A DNA stretch of 64,000 nucleotides from a virus: the IMG/VR virus record IMGVR_UViG_3300035670_000125. One strand, given 5' to 3'. Each line of letters begins with the position of its first letter. Within the stretch, counting starts at the first letter, position 1. This document shows positions 1 through 8,819 of the stretch, piece after piece. The position numbers and the translations under genes were made by a program. The notes below the pieces were generated by a model. The model saw only the letters and a list, made by a program, of their open reading frames with translations. It made no database searches and had not been told where the DNA came from.

Positions 1-891
1 GTTGAAGATGTTGGTAGTCAAGTTAAGCTTGAAAAAATAAAGGACGAGAGGGATACTATTGCTCGTAAAAGAGATCCTTTAAGTTCCGAATCTAAGTTCG
101 CTAGAGATTTATTAAAAAACCAAGGTATAAGTGTTCCTGAAGGTTCGACTGCTGAAATATTAGAGAAGTATGCACCGTGGATAACTAATTTGTATAATCA
201 GAAGGAAAATAGAGAGTACCGTGCATTTCAATCTGAGTTAGCTAGACAAGATCGTCTAAGACAAGAGGCTATTGCTTCTGGTGAAAAAAAAGAGAAACTG
301 CGTTCAGAAGAAAAACAAAAACTAGAGAAAAGATTGGCTGAACCATCGGCGACTTTATCGGCGTTGAATAACTTAGAAAGTAATATTAGAACTGATTATC
401 TAAAAGATCCTAACTTTTCTTTAGATACCTTTAACATAAAAGAATACAAAGGGGATCTCCCTGGTTCTAATATTCCTGGGTTGGGTAGAACATCCTTTTA
501 TTCGTCTGATGCTAGACAACTTCAAAGAGACCTTGAAACTGTTTTAAACCAAATGATTCGTTCTTTTGCTGGTAAGGCTGTTACAAAAAATGAACTAGAA
601 AGAATTAAAACTCAGTTCTCCTCTGGTGTATTTAATAACGAAGAAGAGATGTTAGGTGCTATGGCACAAGCTAAAAAATTATTTCGTGAAGGAATGAAGT
701 CCGCTGAAGCGGCATTTTCTAAGGAAGCTGTCGAGGAGTATAAAGAAGGTGGCGGCATTACTTCAGAATATGGGTTAGAGCGCAGTCCTCAAAAAGAAAA
801 AGATCCTGAAATTCAAGAGTATGCCAACCAATATTTTAAAGGCGATTACGATCGCGCAGTACGAGCATTAAAACTAGAAGGACAATTATAA
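1..891 (+). CDS. hypothetical virion-module protein, 5' end outside window
   Basis: Frame 1 is open from nt 1 to the TAA at 889-891. The 'M' at 190 in the ORF track is a TTG, so the ORF probably starts upstream of the window. Lys/Glu/Arg-rich, coiled-coil-like. Stop overlaps the ATG of the next gene (TAATG). Confidence 0.6.
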   Translation, partial: VEDVGSQVKLEKIKDERDTIARKRDPLSSESKFARDLLKNQGISVPEGSTAEILEKYAPWITNLYNQKENREYRAFQSELARQDRLRQEAIASGEKKEKLRSEEKQKLEKRLAEPSATLSALNNLESNIRTDYLKDPNFSLDTFNIKEYKGDLPGSNIPGLGRTSFYSSDARQLQRDLETVLNQMIRSFAGKAVTKNELERIKTQFSSGVFNNEEEMLGAMAQAKKLFREGMKSAEAAFSKEAVEEYKEGGGITSEYGLERSPQKEKDPEIQEYANQYFKGDYDRAVRALKLEGQL

Positions 892-2912
892 TGGCTAAAT
901 CCCGTTTTAAACCACCGTCAGAAGAAACATTAAAACTTCTCGGAGATGGGTCGATTACTAGTCCACAAGCGGAGACTGGTTTTAAAGCTCCGTCGGAAGA
1001 GACTTTAAAATCGCTCGGAATTGAAGAGCCAAAATCGACCCTAGAATCTTTAGGTGAAACTGCGTCTGATTTTTCAAGAGGTGCCGCTTCGGGGATAACT
1101 TTTGGTGGTATTGAAGAGTTAACTGCAGGTGGTAAGGCCGCTTTAGAGTCTTTAACTAGCACCAAAGATGAATCATTAGAAGACCTTTATAGGAGATACC
1201 TTGAAATAGAAGAGAAGAAAACAAAAGAAGCACGAGAAAGAAGTCCTGTTGCGTCCATGGTTGGTGAATTTGCAGGTGGGTTAGCACCTGCCTTTTTTAC
1301 TGGTGGCGCTTCAATGGCTGCTACTGGCGGTAGTACTGTCGGGCGTTTGGTTGGAAAAGAGCTATTTAAGGCTGCAGGGAGACGGGCAGCAACTGAAGGA
1401 GCTATAGGAGCTGCAGGTGGTGCTCTTGCTGGTGGTCTAAGTAGTGAAGGTAAACTCATTGGTGCAACAGAAGAAGAAAAAAGTAAGCTGTTAGAGGATA
1501 TTATGTCTGGTGCTCTTACCGGGGGTGTCGCTGGGGGATCTATCGGGGGGATCTTGACTGGACTTGGTAAAATTGGTGGTGCAGTAAGTAAAGCCACTAA
1601 AGACTATGCAGGTAAGACCGTAGCTGGTAAGCAAATAGAGGAAGCCTTCGAAACGGGAGCCAAGGGTATAGGTTATACAACCATCCCGGATAAAACTGCC
1701 ATTAGTGTGGGTATTAAAACTGCCGTTGAAGATGCGACTAAATTAATGAGTACTACACTAAAAAGTGCCGGTAATACCATAGAAGAGGTCTTAAGTGAGG
1801 CAGATAAATTTGGTGTGAGGGTTTCTCTCCCAACTGGTGCACTAGACGATGCCATTTCTATTTTAAAATCAAAAAATAGAGAAGGATTGATCAAAGAAAT
1901 TAAGGACACTCTAGATCAGAAAATGGACCCTTTAACATTAACTAGACAAGAGGCCAATTCTCCGTCTGTTATAAGCAAAATTAGAAATCTTCTAAAAGAA
2001 ACCAACGACGATCCAAAATTATATGAAGCATTAAAACCGACTATAGATTCTTTAAAAGACTCAATACAAGAATCGTTTGAAAAAAGCCCAGGATTAAAAG
2101 AAAAACTTAAAGAATTGGGACTTCCTGCTTCATACAAAAAGGCAATGGAGAATTACACAAAACTTGCTAGTGCTGTTCCTGAAACAATCATTAGTAAGGG
2201 CGCGCCCCCAGAACTTAGATCTAAATTCATAAATGAGTATGGCGACCCCCCTGGCACTCTGAATAAGTCACTAGAGAGCCTTGTTAGTAAGTTATTCTCA
2301 CCTGGTGCAGACATTAAAGACTCCATTTATACAATGACCGTTTTAAAGAGTAATCTAGATAAAATAGGTTCTGACCCAGAGTTAGTTAGTGTTTTAAACA
2401 AGGCAATTAAAGACGCAGGGGGGGATCCAAAAATAACCAAAGTTTTCGGTGAAATTAAAAACATAGACGATTTTAAAAAGGCACTAATTTCTAAAATAGA
2501 AGACGCGGGAATTAAGGAATCAACTTTTAAAGGAGTGGTTGGTGAAAGCGCAAAACAATCCAATTATGGTTCGGGATTGATCTCTGAACTGAAAACTCTT
2601 GGTAGAGAGGGTGCACTTAGGATTTCTAATATTGCAGGGGGTGTGAGTGCTTTTGGTAAACGCGCCGCAAAGAGAGCATCCGAAACTGCACCAGTTAAAA
2701 TTTCATCTGCCTTATATTCTCTTCCAGAGACTGGATTAAGACGAGTTGCATCTAAATTAGAACAATCACCGGAGTTTAGTAAATATGCAAAAAGATTAAA
2801 TGATGCATTAGATGCCGGTGACACCGTTAAAAGAGACGCTGTCTTATTCTTACTAATGCAAAACCCTAAAATGCGAGCAATCGTACCCGATTTAATCGGT
2901 GAGGAAGAATAA
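891..2912 (+). CDS. putative internal virion/ejection-type protein with Gly-rich hydrophobic segments
   Basis: 673-aa ORF coupled to its neighbours. Repeated 'PSEETLK(L/S)LG' at the N-terminus. Long Gly/Ala-rich hydrophobic stretches (GGLAPAFFTGGASMAATGG, GALTGGVAGGSIGGILTGLGKIGG). The functional call is by analogy only. Confidence 0.6.
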   Translation: MAKSRFKPPSEETLKLLGDGSITSPQAETGFKAPSEETLKSLGIEEPKSTLESLGETASDFSRGAASGITFGGIEELTAGGKAALESLTSTKDESLEDLYRRYLEIEEKKTKEARERSPVASMVGEFAGGLAPAFFTGGASMAATGGSTVGRLVGKELFKAAGRRAATEGAIGAAGGALAGGLSSEGKLIGATEEEKSKLLEDIMSGALTGGVAGGSIGGILTGLGKIGGAVSKATKDYAGKTVAGKQIEEAFETGAKGIGYTTIPDKTAISVGIKTAVEDATKLMSTTLKSAGNTIEEVLSEADKFGVRVSLPTGALDDAISILKSKNREGLIKEIKDTLDQKMDPLTLTRQEANSPSVISKIRNLLKETNDDPKLYEALKPTIDSLKDSIQESFEKSPGLKEKLKELGLPASYKKAMENYTKLASAVPETIISKGAPPELRSKFINEYGDPPGTLNKSLESLVSKLFSPGADIKDSIYTMTVLKSNLDKIGSDPELVSVLNKAIKDAGGDPKITKVFGEIKNIDDFKKALISKIEDAGIKESTFKGVVGESAKQSNYGSGLISELKTLGREGALRISNIAGGVSAFGKRAAKRASETAPVKISSALYSLPETGLRRVASKLEQSPEFSKYAKRLNDALDAGDTVKRDAVLFLLMQNPKMRAIVPDLIGEEE

Positions 2913-3197
2913 ATGGATATCGACCGTATATACGAAAGTTTAGATAAAATTGATTCTGAATTAACCGAACTACGAATTATTTCCGCTAAACAAGAAGAAA
3001 ATATTAAAGAACACATTCGTAGAACAGAACTAGCAGAAGAAAATTTAACTATTCTGCGTCAAGAAATCGAACCCTTAAAACAACACGTCATTGTGATTAA
3101 TGGGATTTTACGCGTCATCGGTGTCGTTTCCGTTATTATTGGTTCTGCTGCAGGTATCTTCGAGATCATCAGTAAAATCATCAACTACATGAAGTAA
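2913..3197 (+). CDS. small coiled-coil protein with C-terminal transmembrane segment
   Basis: ATG directly follows the preceding TAA. Charged helical N-terminal half, then the hydrophobic stretch VIVINGILRVIGVVSVIIGSAAGIFEII. Last gene of the rightward block. Confidence 0.55.
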   Translation: MDIDRIYESLDKIDSELTELRIISAKQEENIKEHIRRTELAEENLTILRQEIEPLKQHVIVINGILRVIGVVSVIIGSAAGIFEIISKIINYMK

Positions 3198-3542
3198 TTC
3201 ATTTGTTTTATCGATCAGTATCGCTTTTTTATTTAATCTTAATTCATCTATTGATACGTGTGTACCAGACGCTTTAGACTTTGTAAGCATGTCTCGGTTA
3301 CGCGCATTGTTCCTTCTGTAGCAGTCTTGCTTTAGCTCTTTAGTGTTATGTAGATTTTTTTCTAGATTCTGACTATCTAAAGATGCATTGACGTATTCTT
3401 CGGTAAATTTATTCAACCAAGCTTTTTCTTCTTCGGTTAAATCATTTACATAATCATAGTCTATTAATTCATATCTAGTTTTTAGGTTTAGTTCTGGTCT
3501 TAGAGCGGGGTACTTGGCTCGCTCTCTTCTGTTTTTTGCCAT
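3108..3542 (-). CDS. hypothetical protein
   Basis: 144-aa ORF with a basic N-terminus (MAKNRRERAKYP). Its 3' end overlaps the convergent gene 2913-3197 by about 90 nt, and its 5' end overlaps the upstream ORF by 68 nt. Confidence 0.45.
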   Translation of the reverse strand: MAKNRRERAKYPALRPELNLKTRYELIDYDYVNDLTEEEKAWLNKFTEEYVNASLDSQNLEKNLHNTKELKQDCYRRNNARNRDMLTKSKASGTHVSIDELRLNKKAILIDKTNELLHVVDDFTDDLEDTCSRTNNNGNDTDDA

Positions 3543-4197
3543 TTTTCTTTTCCCATGCTAGTTGTAGATTAGTGAGAGTTTTTTTAGGGATAGTATTCAT
3601 AAATTCCTCGTTAACTCCAAACCACTGCATTCTACTAGTTGTGTTTCTCTTGTAGTCGAAGTAGAGCTTACAAAAATTAAATAGCTGCACTTCTGAAAAC
3701 ATTGATTTTCTTTTATTATTAAAACACCATTTATCATAATAATGTTTTAATACGTATGGTTGTATCCAAGATTTTCCTGGTTTTATGTTATAAAAACCTA
3801 TAAAGTCCTCGAAGTGTTTTCTCCACCCAGGGTACTTTGTTTTATCTTGGGTATTTTTCTCAATATACTTTAACAAAAATTCATTTATTTGTAAAGAATC
3901 GAAGTTTACTTTCCAAAAGGTTTTCGGACCCTTTGCGTGTGCTTCAAAGTATGCACCTATTTTCATACCAAAGTTGACTTTATTTAAAGGAAAATCACTC
4001 CAATTTGTGTACAGTTTGTAAAAAACAGATTTACATATTAAATGGTCTCCGGGTTTAAAATCAAAATATCTTAAAAAAGAAAAAACGTCATCCGTGACAC
4101 CCACAGAAGACGCTTCTTCTTTTGACTCTAAACTTTGTAGAAGTTCCTCTAAAGATTTCTCATAGATTAGACGTGAATTTGACGGCATAGGCACCAC
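3475..4197 (-). CDS. hypothetical protein
   Basis: 240-aa ORF in the leftward gene train with a Trp/Tyr/Phe-rich globular-looking sequence and a basic C-terminal tail. I cannot name a motif. Confidence 0.5.
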   Translation of the reverse strand: MVPMPSNSRLIYEKSLEELLQSLESKEEASSVGVTDDVFSFLRYFDFKPGDHLICKSVFYKLYTNWSDFPLNKVNFGMKIGAYFEAHAKGPKTFWKVNFDSLQINEFLLKYIEKNTQDKTKYPGWRKHFEDFIGFYNIKPGKSWIQPYVLKHYYDKWCFNNKRKSMFSEVQLFNFCKLYFDYKRNTTSRMQWFGVNEEFMNTIPKKTLTNLQLAWEKKNGKKQKRASQVPRSKTRTKPKN

Positions 4198-4591
4198 CTA
4201 TAACAGATAAAAATCCTAAGGCGTAGTATACAGCCTTTTCGATATTACTTGTTGTTCTAGCTTTAGATAGCTGTGTAGATAGTTTATCGTTTTGTTCTAA
4301 AAGAATTTTCGTTTTATTGTCTAAAATCTCTTCATTGCTTTTATAAAGGGCAATAGAACGCTCATATGATTCACTAAGTAGTTTATACTTATTGAGATCA
4401 TTATAAACCTCTATTGCCTTTTGCTCAGGTAGAAGTAGTCCGGTGAATGGTGCCTGTGATCCCTTTGGAAGCACCAAGGCTTCTTGAGCGGATGCGTTAT
4501 TTACGGCGATTGATGTAATCAGCAATGTCGATAAGAGTTGGAGTTTTTTCATCATTTTTAATCTCTTCTCTTTTTTGCTCTTCTGCTTCAA
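4160..4591 (-). CDS. secreted/membrane coiled-coil protein (signal-peptide-like N-terminus, C-terminal TM)
   Basis: N-terminus KKLQLLSTLLITSIAVNNASA/QEA resembles a signal peptide. Central heptad-like region. C-terminal YYALGFLSVIGGAYAV is hydrophobic. The 5' end overlaps ORF 4497-4748 in another frame; the true start may be the internal MMKK/MKK. Confidence 0.5.
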   Translation of the reverse strand: MKQKSKKEKRLKMMKKLQLLSTLLITSIAVNNASAQEALVLPKGSQAPFTGLLLPEQKAIEVYNDLNKYKLLSESYERSIALYKSNEEILDNKTKILLEQNDKLSTQLSKARTTSNIEKAVYYALGFLSVIGGAYAVKFTSNL

Positions 4592-4748
4592 TTAGACCTT
4601 GGTTTTTAACTACTTCTTTTTGTTTGTCTAAGAGATCTTTTTTTATTTCTAAATTATCGTTCAGTGCTTCTGCTGATTTAGCTTTCGATCTTTGAAAAAG
4701 AAAAGCACCCACTAAACCTACAATTAAAGCTGCTAGTGTTTCTATCAT
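4497..4748 (-). CDS. small membrane protein with N-terminal TM and charged coiled-coil
   Basis: MIETLAALIVGLVGAFLF is hydrophobic, followed by a Lys/Glu-rich helix. ATGA-type overlap with the upstream protease gene. Confidence 0.55.
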   Translation of the reverse strand: MIETLAALIVGLVGAFLFQRSKAKSAEALNDNLEIKKDLLDKQKEVVKNQGLIEAEEQKREEIKNDEKTPTLIDIADYINRRK

Positions 4749-5605
4749 AGTTGCATATCCAAAATCTTATGTCTCTCACCTCTATTTGGTGAGGGTAAAT
4801 AAGGCGTAACGCGTTCCTCGAATCCTTGTGTTGAATTTAGAACACGTGAAGGATCAAAAAGAACGTTAATTGTCCCATCACTAAAATGGGAGACCAAAGA
4901 ATCCTCGGCGTCAATCCATAGTTCAGCCGCCAATTTAGAACTTAAATCTTTAAACGACATCCCAGCTCGAGTTGCAATTTTTGCAATCATTTTGTTTATG
5001 TATCGATTCATAGATTTAAGTTGTGATAACATCTGAGGCATAGTTCCCGATACACCACCAGATGCCTCGTGAAACATCAAGAAGGATCTATCAACCATAT
5101 ATCGTTTTGTTCCGTGCTGGTGAATGATTGCACCCATGGAGGCGCAAAGGGAAAGACAAACTGTGTTTACTTCAACACCAGCTGACTCGATTGCACTGAT
5201 AATCTGCGCTCCAGCAATTACACTACCACCAGGACTATCAATTAGAACCCAAATGGGATCGCCCGAACGCGCTGCAAGTTTTATTGCATCAGAAACATTG
5301 AAAGCGTTTCTTCCAATAGGACCAGTAATGTGAATTACCTTTTCATCGGTTAAATCCACCATTTTAACATTACTTGTCTGAAGAGCCGTTTTAGGTTCTT
5401 TTGAATCAGCATCATCTACTTCAGGTAGTAAACTACTACTTACGTTAATGTTTTGTACCTTGGTTTTAACTCCAGTGTAAATTTCCCCTACGGTGTAGTA
5501 TGCTGCGTACCCGAGAGAAACTCCAATAGATAGGAAAAAAACATTTTTTACTACTGCTTTAAACATTATTATTTTTATCACTTTCTGACGTAAATTCACG
5601 TCCAT
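4745..5605 (-). CDS. ClpP-class (S14/S49-like) serine protease with N-terminal membrane anchor
   Basis: Motifs LIDSPGGSV, CASMGAII (Ser nucleophile context) and FLMFHEASGG (compare ClpP MIHQPxGG). Hydrophobic N-terminus VFFLSIGVSLGYAAYY. Alternative start at ATG 5566. Confidence 0.75.
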   Translation of the reverse strand: MDVNLRQKVIKIIMFKAVVKNVFFLSIGVSLGYAAYYTVGEIYTGVKTKVQNINVSSSLLPEVDDADSKEPKTALQTSNVKMVDLTDEKVIHITGPIGRNAFNVSDAIKLAARSGDPIWVLIDSPGGSVIAGAQIISAIESAGVEVNTVCLSLCASMGAIIHQHGTKRYMVDRSFLMFHEASGGVSGTMPQMLSQLKSMNRYINKMIAKIATRAGMSFKDLSSKLAAELWIDAEDSLVSHFSDGTINVLFDPSRVLNSTQGFEERVTPYLPSPNRGERHKILDMQL

Positions 5606-5804
5606 TTATACTAATTCTTCTTGAGAAGTACAAGGCAGAAGAAACGCCAAAATATTCTAATGCAATACTCGTATCTTCCACTTTACCCGAAAGATCGAGT
5701 GATGCTGCTACCAATAAAAAAACCGTCGATATCATCAAATTACTTAACGATACAGACGGCTTTTTAGTTATTGGATCTAATATAAAAGGTATTTTTATCT
5801 GCAT
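5559..5804 (-). CDS. small membrane protein
   Basis: 81-aa ORF with the hydrophobic segment LMISTVFLLVAASLDL. Overlaps the next gene. Confidence 0.45.
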   Translation of the reverse strand: MQIKIPFILDPITKKPSVSLSNLMISTVFLLVAASLDLSGKVEDTSIALEYFGVSSALYFSRRISINGREFTSESDKNNNV

Positions 5805-5821
5805 ACATTATAAATAAACAT

Positions 5822-6184
5822 CTAATCTTCTGATTTGTCAAGTTCTTTAAAAGATTTTCTCATTTCATCTTCTAACATAGTTTTAATTTCATGATCCATC
5901 TTACAAAGAATCTGGAAACCTTCGACATCACAGAGTAGATTATTTATAAAGTCATCCCACCCAGAGAATCCAACTGAAGGATTGATTACTGGTTTTATGT
6001 GATCGATGTGTACTTCGTCCTTTTTGAAGTTACCCTCACACATTGCACATCTGTATAGGCCGCGATCGACTCTTGCTTTTTTGAGGGCTTCATTCCTAGG
6101 AGGCCAACGTAATGATGCCCTTCTTAATGCTCCGGTGACAAAGGTTTTTCTGTTATGTTTTTTGAGCTTTGGTTCTTTTGCCAC
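5822..6184 (-). CDS. HNH endonuclease (free-standing)
   Basis: CAMCEG...VHIDHIKP...N...CKMDHEIK arrangement, typical of the HNH beta-beta-alpha-metal fold with flanking Cys pairs. Confidence 0.8.
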   Translation of the reverse strand: MAKEPKLKKHNRKTFVTGALRRASLRWPPRNEALKKARVDRGLYRCAMCEGNFKKDEVHIDHIKPVINPSVGFSGWDDFINNLLCDVEGFQILCKMDHEIKTMLEDEMRKSFKELDKSED

Positions 6185-6452
6185 AACTATTACACTTTCT
6201 TATTTTCCTACCAACAATTTCGAATTCTTCTACTTCGGTTTTATTACAGAATTCACAGGAATATAGTTTGGGGACATACTCTTCGTTTTTAAACTTTGTT
6301 TGTACGTCGGTTTCTTCGAATTCATGGTAAGTAAATTTTTTATCTATTTTTTTTAATCTTCTAACTAGAGACTTGTTGATTGCTTTTAATGTTCTTATTT
6401 GATCCTCGAGTTGCTCGATCTTGTCTTCGTCTTCACTCTTTTTTCTGCCCAT
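6153..6452 (-). CDS. zinc-ribbon protein
   Basis: CEFCNK...CNSCGK paired CxxC motifs after a charged helical N-terminus. Confidence 0.55.
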   Translation of the reverse strand: MGRKKSEDEDKIEQLEDQIRTLKAINKSLVRRLKKIDKKFTYHEFEETDVQTKFKNEEYVPKLYSCEFCNKTEVEEFEIVGRKIRKCNSCGKRTKAQKT

Positions 6453-6660
6453 TGTTTAGCCTCTGAACTAGATCTTTGTAGCTTTCTTTGAGTTGTTTAA
6501 TATGACTCTTTACGTTGTATAGTGCTTCCAAGGCAATTTCAGAATGTTCTTCATATCTAGAGGATTGAACGCTTTTGTAGCTGGCTATTAAATGGTCAGC
6601 GTTTTCTTCTACAGTTTTTAACGCTGTTATATAGCCTTTTATATAATCGTTGGTGATCAT
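6433..6660 (-). CDS. hypothetical protein
   Basis: 75-aa helical ORF overlapping both neighbours in the leftward train. Confidence 0.5.
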   Translation of the reverse strand: MITNDYIKGYITALKTVEENADHLIASYKSVQSSRYEEHSEIALEALYNVKSHIKQLKESYKDLVQRLNNGQKKE

Positions 6661-7100
6661 CGGCCAGAACTCCCAAATCCATGCAAACCTCTCTCACTTT
6701 CATCTAGGGAATCTGTTACCACAACTGAAGGGGTTTCGACTCTGTAAAAAAGTATTTGTGCTATTTTATCACCTTTGGAGATGAAATAACCTGAGTTTTC
6801 TATACCTGGGATTCCATGGGTTAGATTGTGTATGACCACTTTAACTTCTCCGGTATATCCATGGTCAACCACACCTCCCCCTGTCCGTAATCCTTTAGCG
6901 GCTAGGGATGAGCGATCTTCAATCTTACCCACGTAACCTTCCGGTACTGCAAGTGCAACTGAAGTGTTGACTACCACTGTAGAGCCTAATTTAATAAAGC
7001 AGTCTTGTGATGCGTAAAGATCCAACCCAGCGTCGGTAGATTTATTTCTAGTGGGGAGAGATGCTTTATCGTTTAAAAGTACGACTTTAATGTTATTCAT
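6657..7100 (-). CDS. dut: dUTP diphosphatase (dUTPase)
   Basis: Trimeric dUTPase motifs AGLDLYA, GVVDHGYTGEV and C-terminal RGLHGFGSSG. 147 aa. Confidence 0.9.
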   Translation of the reverse strand: MNNIKVVLLNDKASLPTRNKSTDAGLDLYASQDCFIKLGSTVVVNTSVALAVPEGYVGKIEDRSSLAAKGLRTGGGVVDHGYTGEVKVVIHNLTHGIPGIENSGYFISKGDKIAQILFYRVETPSVVVTDSLDESERGLHGFGSSGR

Positions 7101-7109
7101 ATTTTAAAA

Positions 7110-7352
7110 TTAAATATCCCAACTGATTAGTAGAGCAGTTTCAGATAGCTTAGATACAACATAGCCTAGTTCTTCTAGTGAGGACTTTGTGCTGTCCGCA
7201 GTTCCGTTTTGAACCGATACCGTGGTTACGAGTCCACCCGCTTCTGCTTCCTGCTCAATGATGTCATGTAGTCGTTCTAGTTGTGCTGGTTCTTGTTGTC
7301 TCTGTGATAAAATCTGTTGGGCGGTTTGTTTATTTTCTAATGCTGATTTCAT
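7110..7352 (-). CDS. hypothetical protein
   Basis: I trimmed the start to the internal ATG (MKSALENKQ), which has AAGAGGA 7 nt upstream and avoids overlap with the upstream gene. The ORF-track start at 7424 lies inside the preceding gene. Confidence 0.5.
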   Translation of the reverse strand: MKSALENKQTAQQILSQRQQEPAQLERLHDIIEQEAEAGGLVTTVSVQNGTADSTKSSLEELGYVVSKLSETALLISWDI

Positions 7353-7363
7353 ATTATATCCTC

Positions 7364-8020
7364 TTATTTTTTCTTTGGAATGAGATGTGGAACACCGTGT
7401 TCGATGTATCCAAACCCCACCCATACTTTGGTTAAAGAACTTGCCGCATAATCAAATGCTGAACTTTTGGGATCCACAGTACACCCCACGTCCATTGCGA
7501 ATATCTGTTTATCAAAACGATTTAAGTAGTGTAGTTCTGCTTTGTGGGAGTGTCCTTGGACAACGTTCATACCGAGTGTGGCGGCCTTCGCTTTAACCCC
7601 GCCGTGTAGCTCATCGCCGTGCATGAATGCTATCTTGTCTACAATAAGTGGATCAGGTCCAAGGTGCCATTTCCAGCCTTTATTGGGGATAAGCTCTGAA
7701 AGAGTTCTGATCATTATTTTAGGAATGCCGCTTTCAGCTGCCTTCTTTGCATAACGTCGATCATGGTTTGAATTTAGGATAACGAGTTCGGGAAACATTT
7801 TTGCAAATTCTTTAGCTGTTTTTAAAACCTTTTCCCATTCTGCCATTCCACCATCATCTTCCGGACCTTTGGGGAACCTACTCCAGTACTTCTGATCAGT
7901 CATATCACCTGTCGATATAACGATATCAGGCTTCGCTTTTTTAGCAAAGTCTCGAGCTTGCTCGATTACATCGAAGTCGGTGAATGGTAAGTGGGAATCG
8001 CCCAGTACAAGTATTTTCAT
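7364..8020 (-). CDS. calcineurin-like metallophosphoesterase
   Basis: Ordered motifs LGDSH, GD(MTD), NSNHD, HGDE and GHSH, typical of the metallophosphoesterase superfamily. Confidence 0.8.
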   Translation of the reverse strand: MKILVLGDSHLPFTDFDVIEQARDFAKKAKPDIVISTGDMTDQKYWSRFPKGPEDDGGMAEWEKVLKTAKEFAKMFPELVILNSNHDRRYAKKAAESGIPKIMIRTLSELIPNKGWKWHLGPDPLIVDKIAFMHGDELHGGVKAKAATLGMNVVQGHSHKAELHYLNRFDKQIFAMDVGCTVDPKSSAFDYAASSLTKVWVGFGYIEHGVPHLIPKKK

Positions 8021-8334
8021 TATTCTGTTTCCTTAAAAATGTTATTTGACTTTAAAAAATAATAAAAGGATTTCTCTAAAGCTAGAACTTGTTTCTCTGT
8101 CAAATCGACCTCGTGCTCCCCAGAAGTTGCATGAAGAACTTCGTGTAGATATGTAATGACTGTTAATTTGGGTGACATACTTTTTTTAATTGCTATCTGT
8201 CTTTTATCAAATCGCGTTTCACCCATAACATCCTGACTAGTAAACGAATCCACCCAAACAACTTCATAAGAATGAGTTTTTGTTATTTGAACTTTGCTAG
8301 GAATTTTCTTCAGGAGTTTTTTCCAACTTAACAT
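8020..8334 (-). CDS. small HExxH-motif protein (possible zinc metallopeptidase-like)
   Basis: LHEVLHATSGEHE contains HEVLH. 104 aa. ATGA-type junction with the upstream gene. Confidence 0.45.
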   Translation of the reverse strand: MLSWKKLLKKIPSKVQITKTHSYEVVWVDSFTSQDVMGETRFDKRQIAIKKSMSPKLTVITYLHEVLHATSGEHEVDLTEKQVLALEKSFYYFLKSNNIFKETE

Positions 8335-8620
8335 TTTCCATCTCTTCTTTTATTTTAAGAATTACTTTTTTGTATTTATTAAGATGAATCTCAAGAAGTA
8401 GTTTATTATTTTGCAACACAGAGATGCACTCCATAACGAACACATATCTTTTGAAGTTAGATAATCCGTTAATCGTTAAATCAAATATATACAACACTAA
8501 ACTAAGCTCTTCAACTACTTTTTCTGATTTTTCAAGTAATTTTTTCTTTTTGTTGTACTCTTGTACTTTTTTAAAGTCTAAAATATTATTTTCATCATTC
8601 ATTGCTAAATTTCTTCGCAC
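8297..8620 (-). CDS. hypothetical protein
   Basis: 107-aa Lys/Glu-rich ORF. Possible alternative start at MNDENN (8602). Confidence 0.45.
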   Translation of the reverse strand: MRRNLAMNDENNILDFKKVQEYNKKKKLLEKSEKVVEELSLVLYIFDLTINGLSNFKRYVFVMECISVLQNNKLLLEIHLNKYKKVILKIKEEMENVKLEKTPEENS

Positions 8621-8819
8621 TTCGTTGTTCTAATGCTCGTTGAATTTCATTGCTCAAATTTACTTCTTCTTTCAATGAAGTGTAGGACGATATTCTACTT
8701 GAGTTTTTTTCTAGCCTAAATGGTCTAGAATTAATTAATAAGTCGTAGTAGGATATTTTGTATTCTGCTTTTCGGTCATTTTTTCTACTTAGGTGTGAAT
8801 TTTTTATACGGTTATTCAT
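8595..8819 (-). CDS. hypothetical protein
   Basis: 74-aa basic ORF overlapping both neighbours. Confidence 0.4.
   Translation of the reverse strand: MNNRIKNSHLSRKNDRKAEYKISYYDLLINSRPFRLEKNSSRISSYTSLKEEVNLSNEIQRALEQRSAKKFSNE

Noticed and set aside
836-3016. Minus-strand ORFs 836-1165, 1187-1597, 1673-1909, 1916-2137, 2327-2563 and 2564-3016.
   Set aside because: All are antisense to long, well-supported rightward ORFs, with Pro/Ser/Ala-rich low-complexity translations typical of shadow frames.
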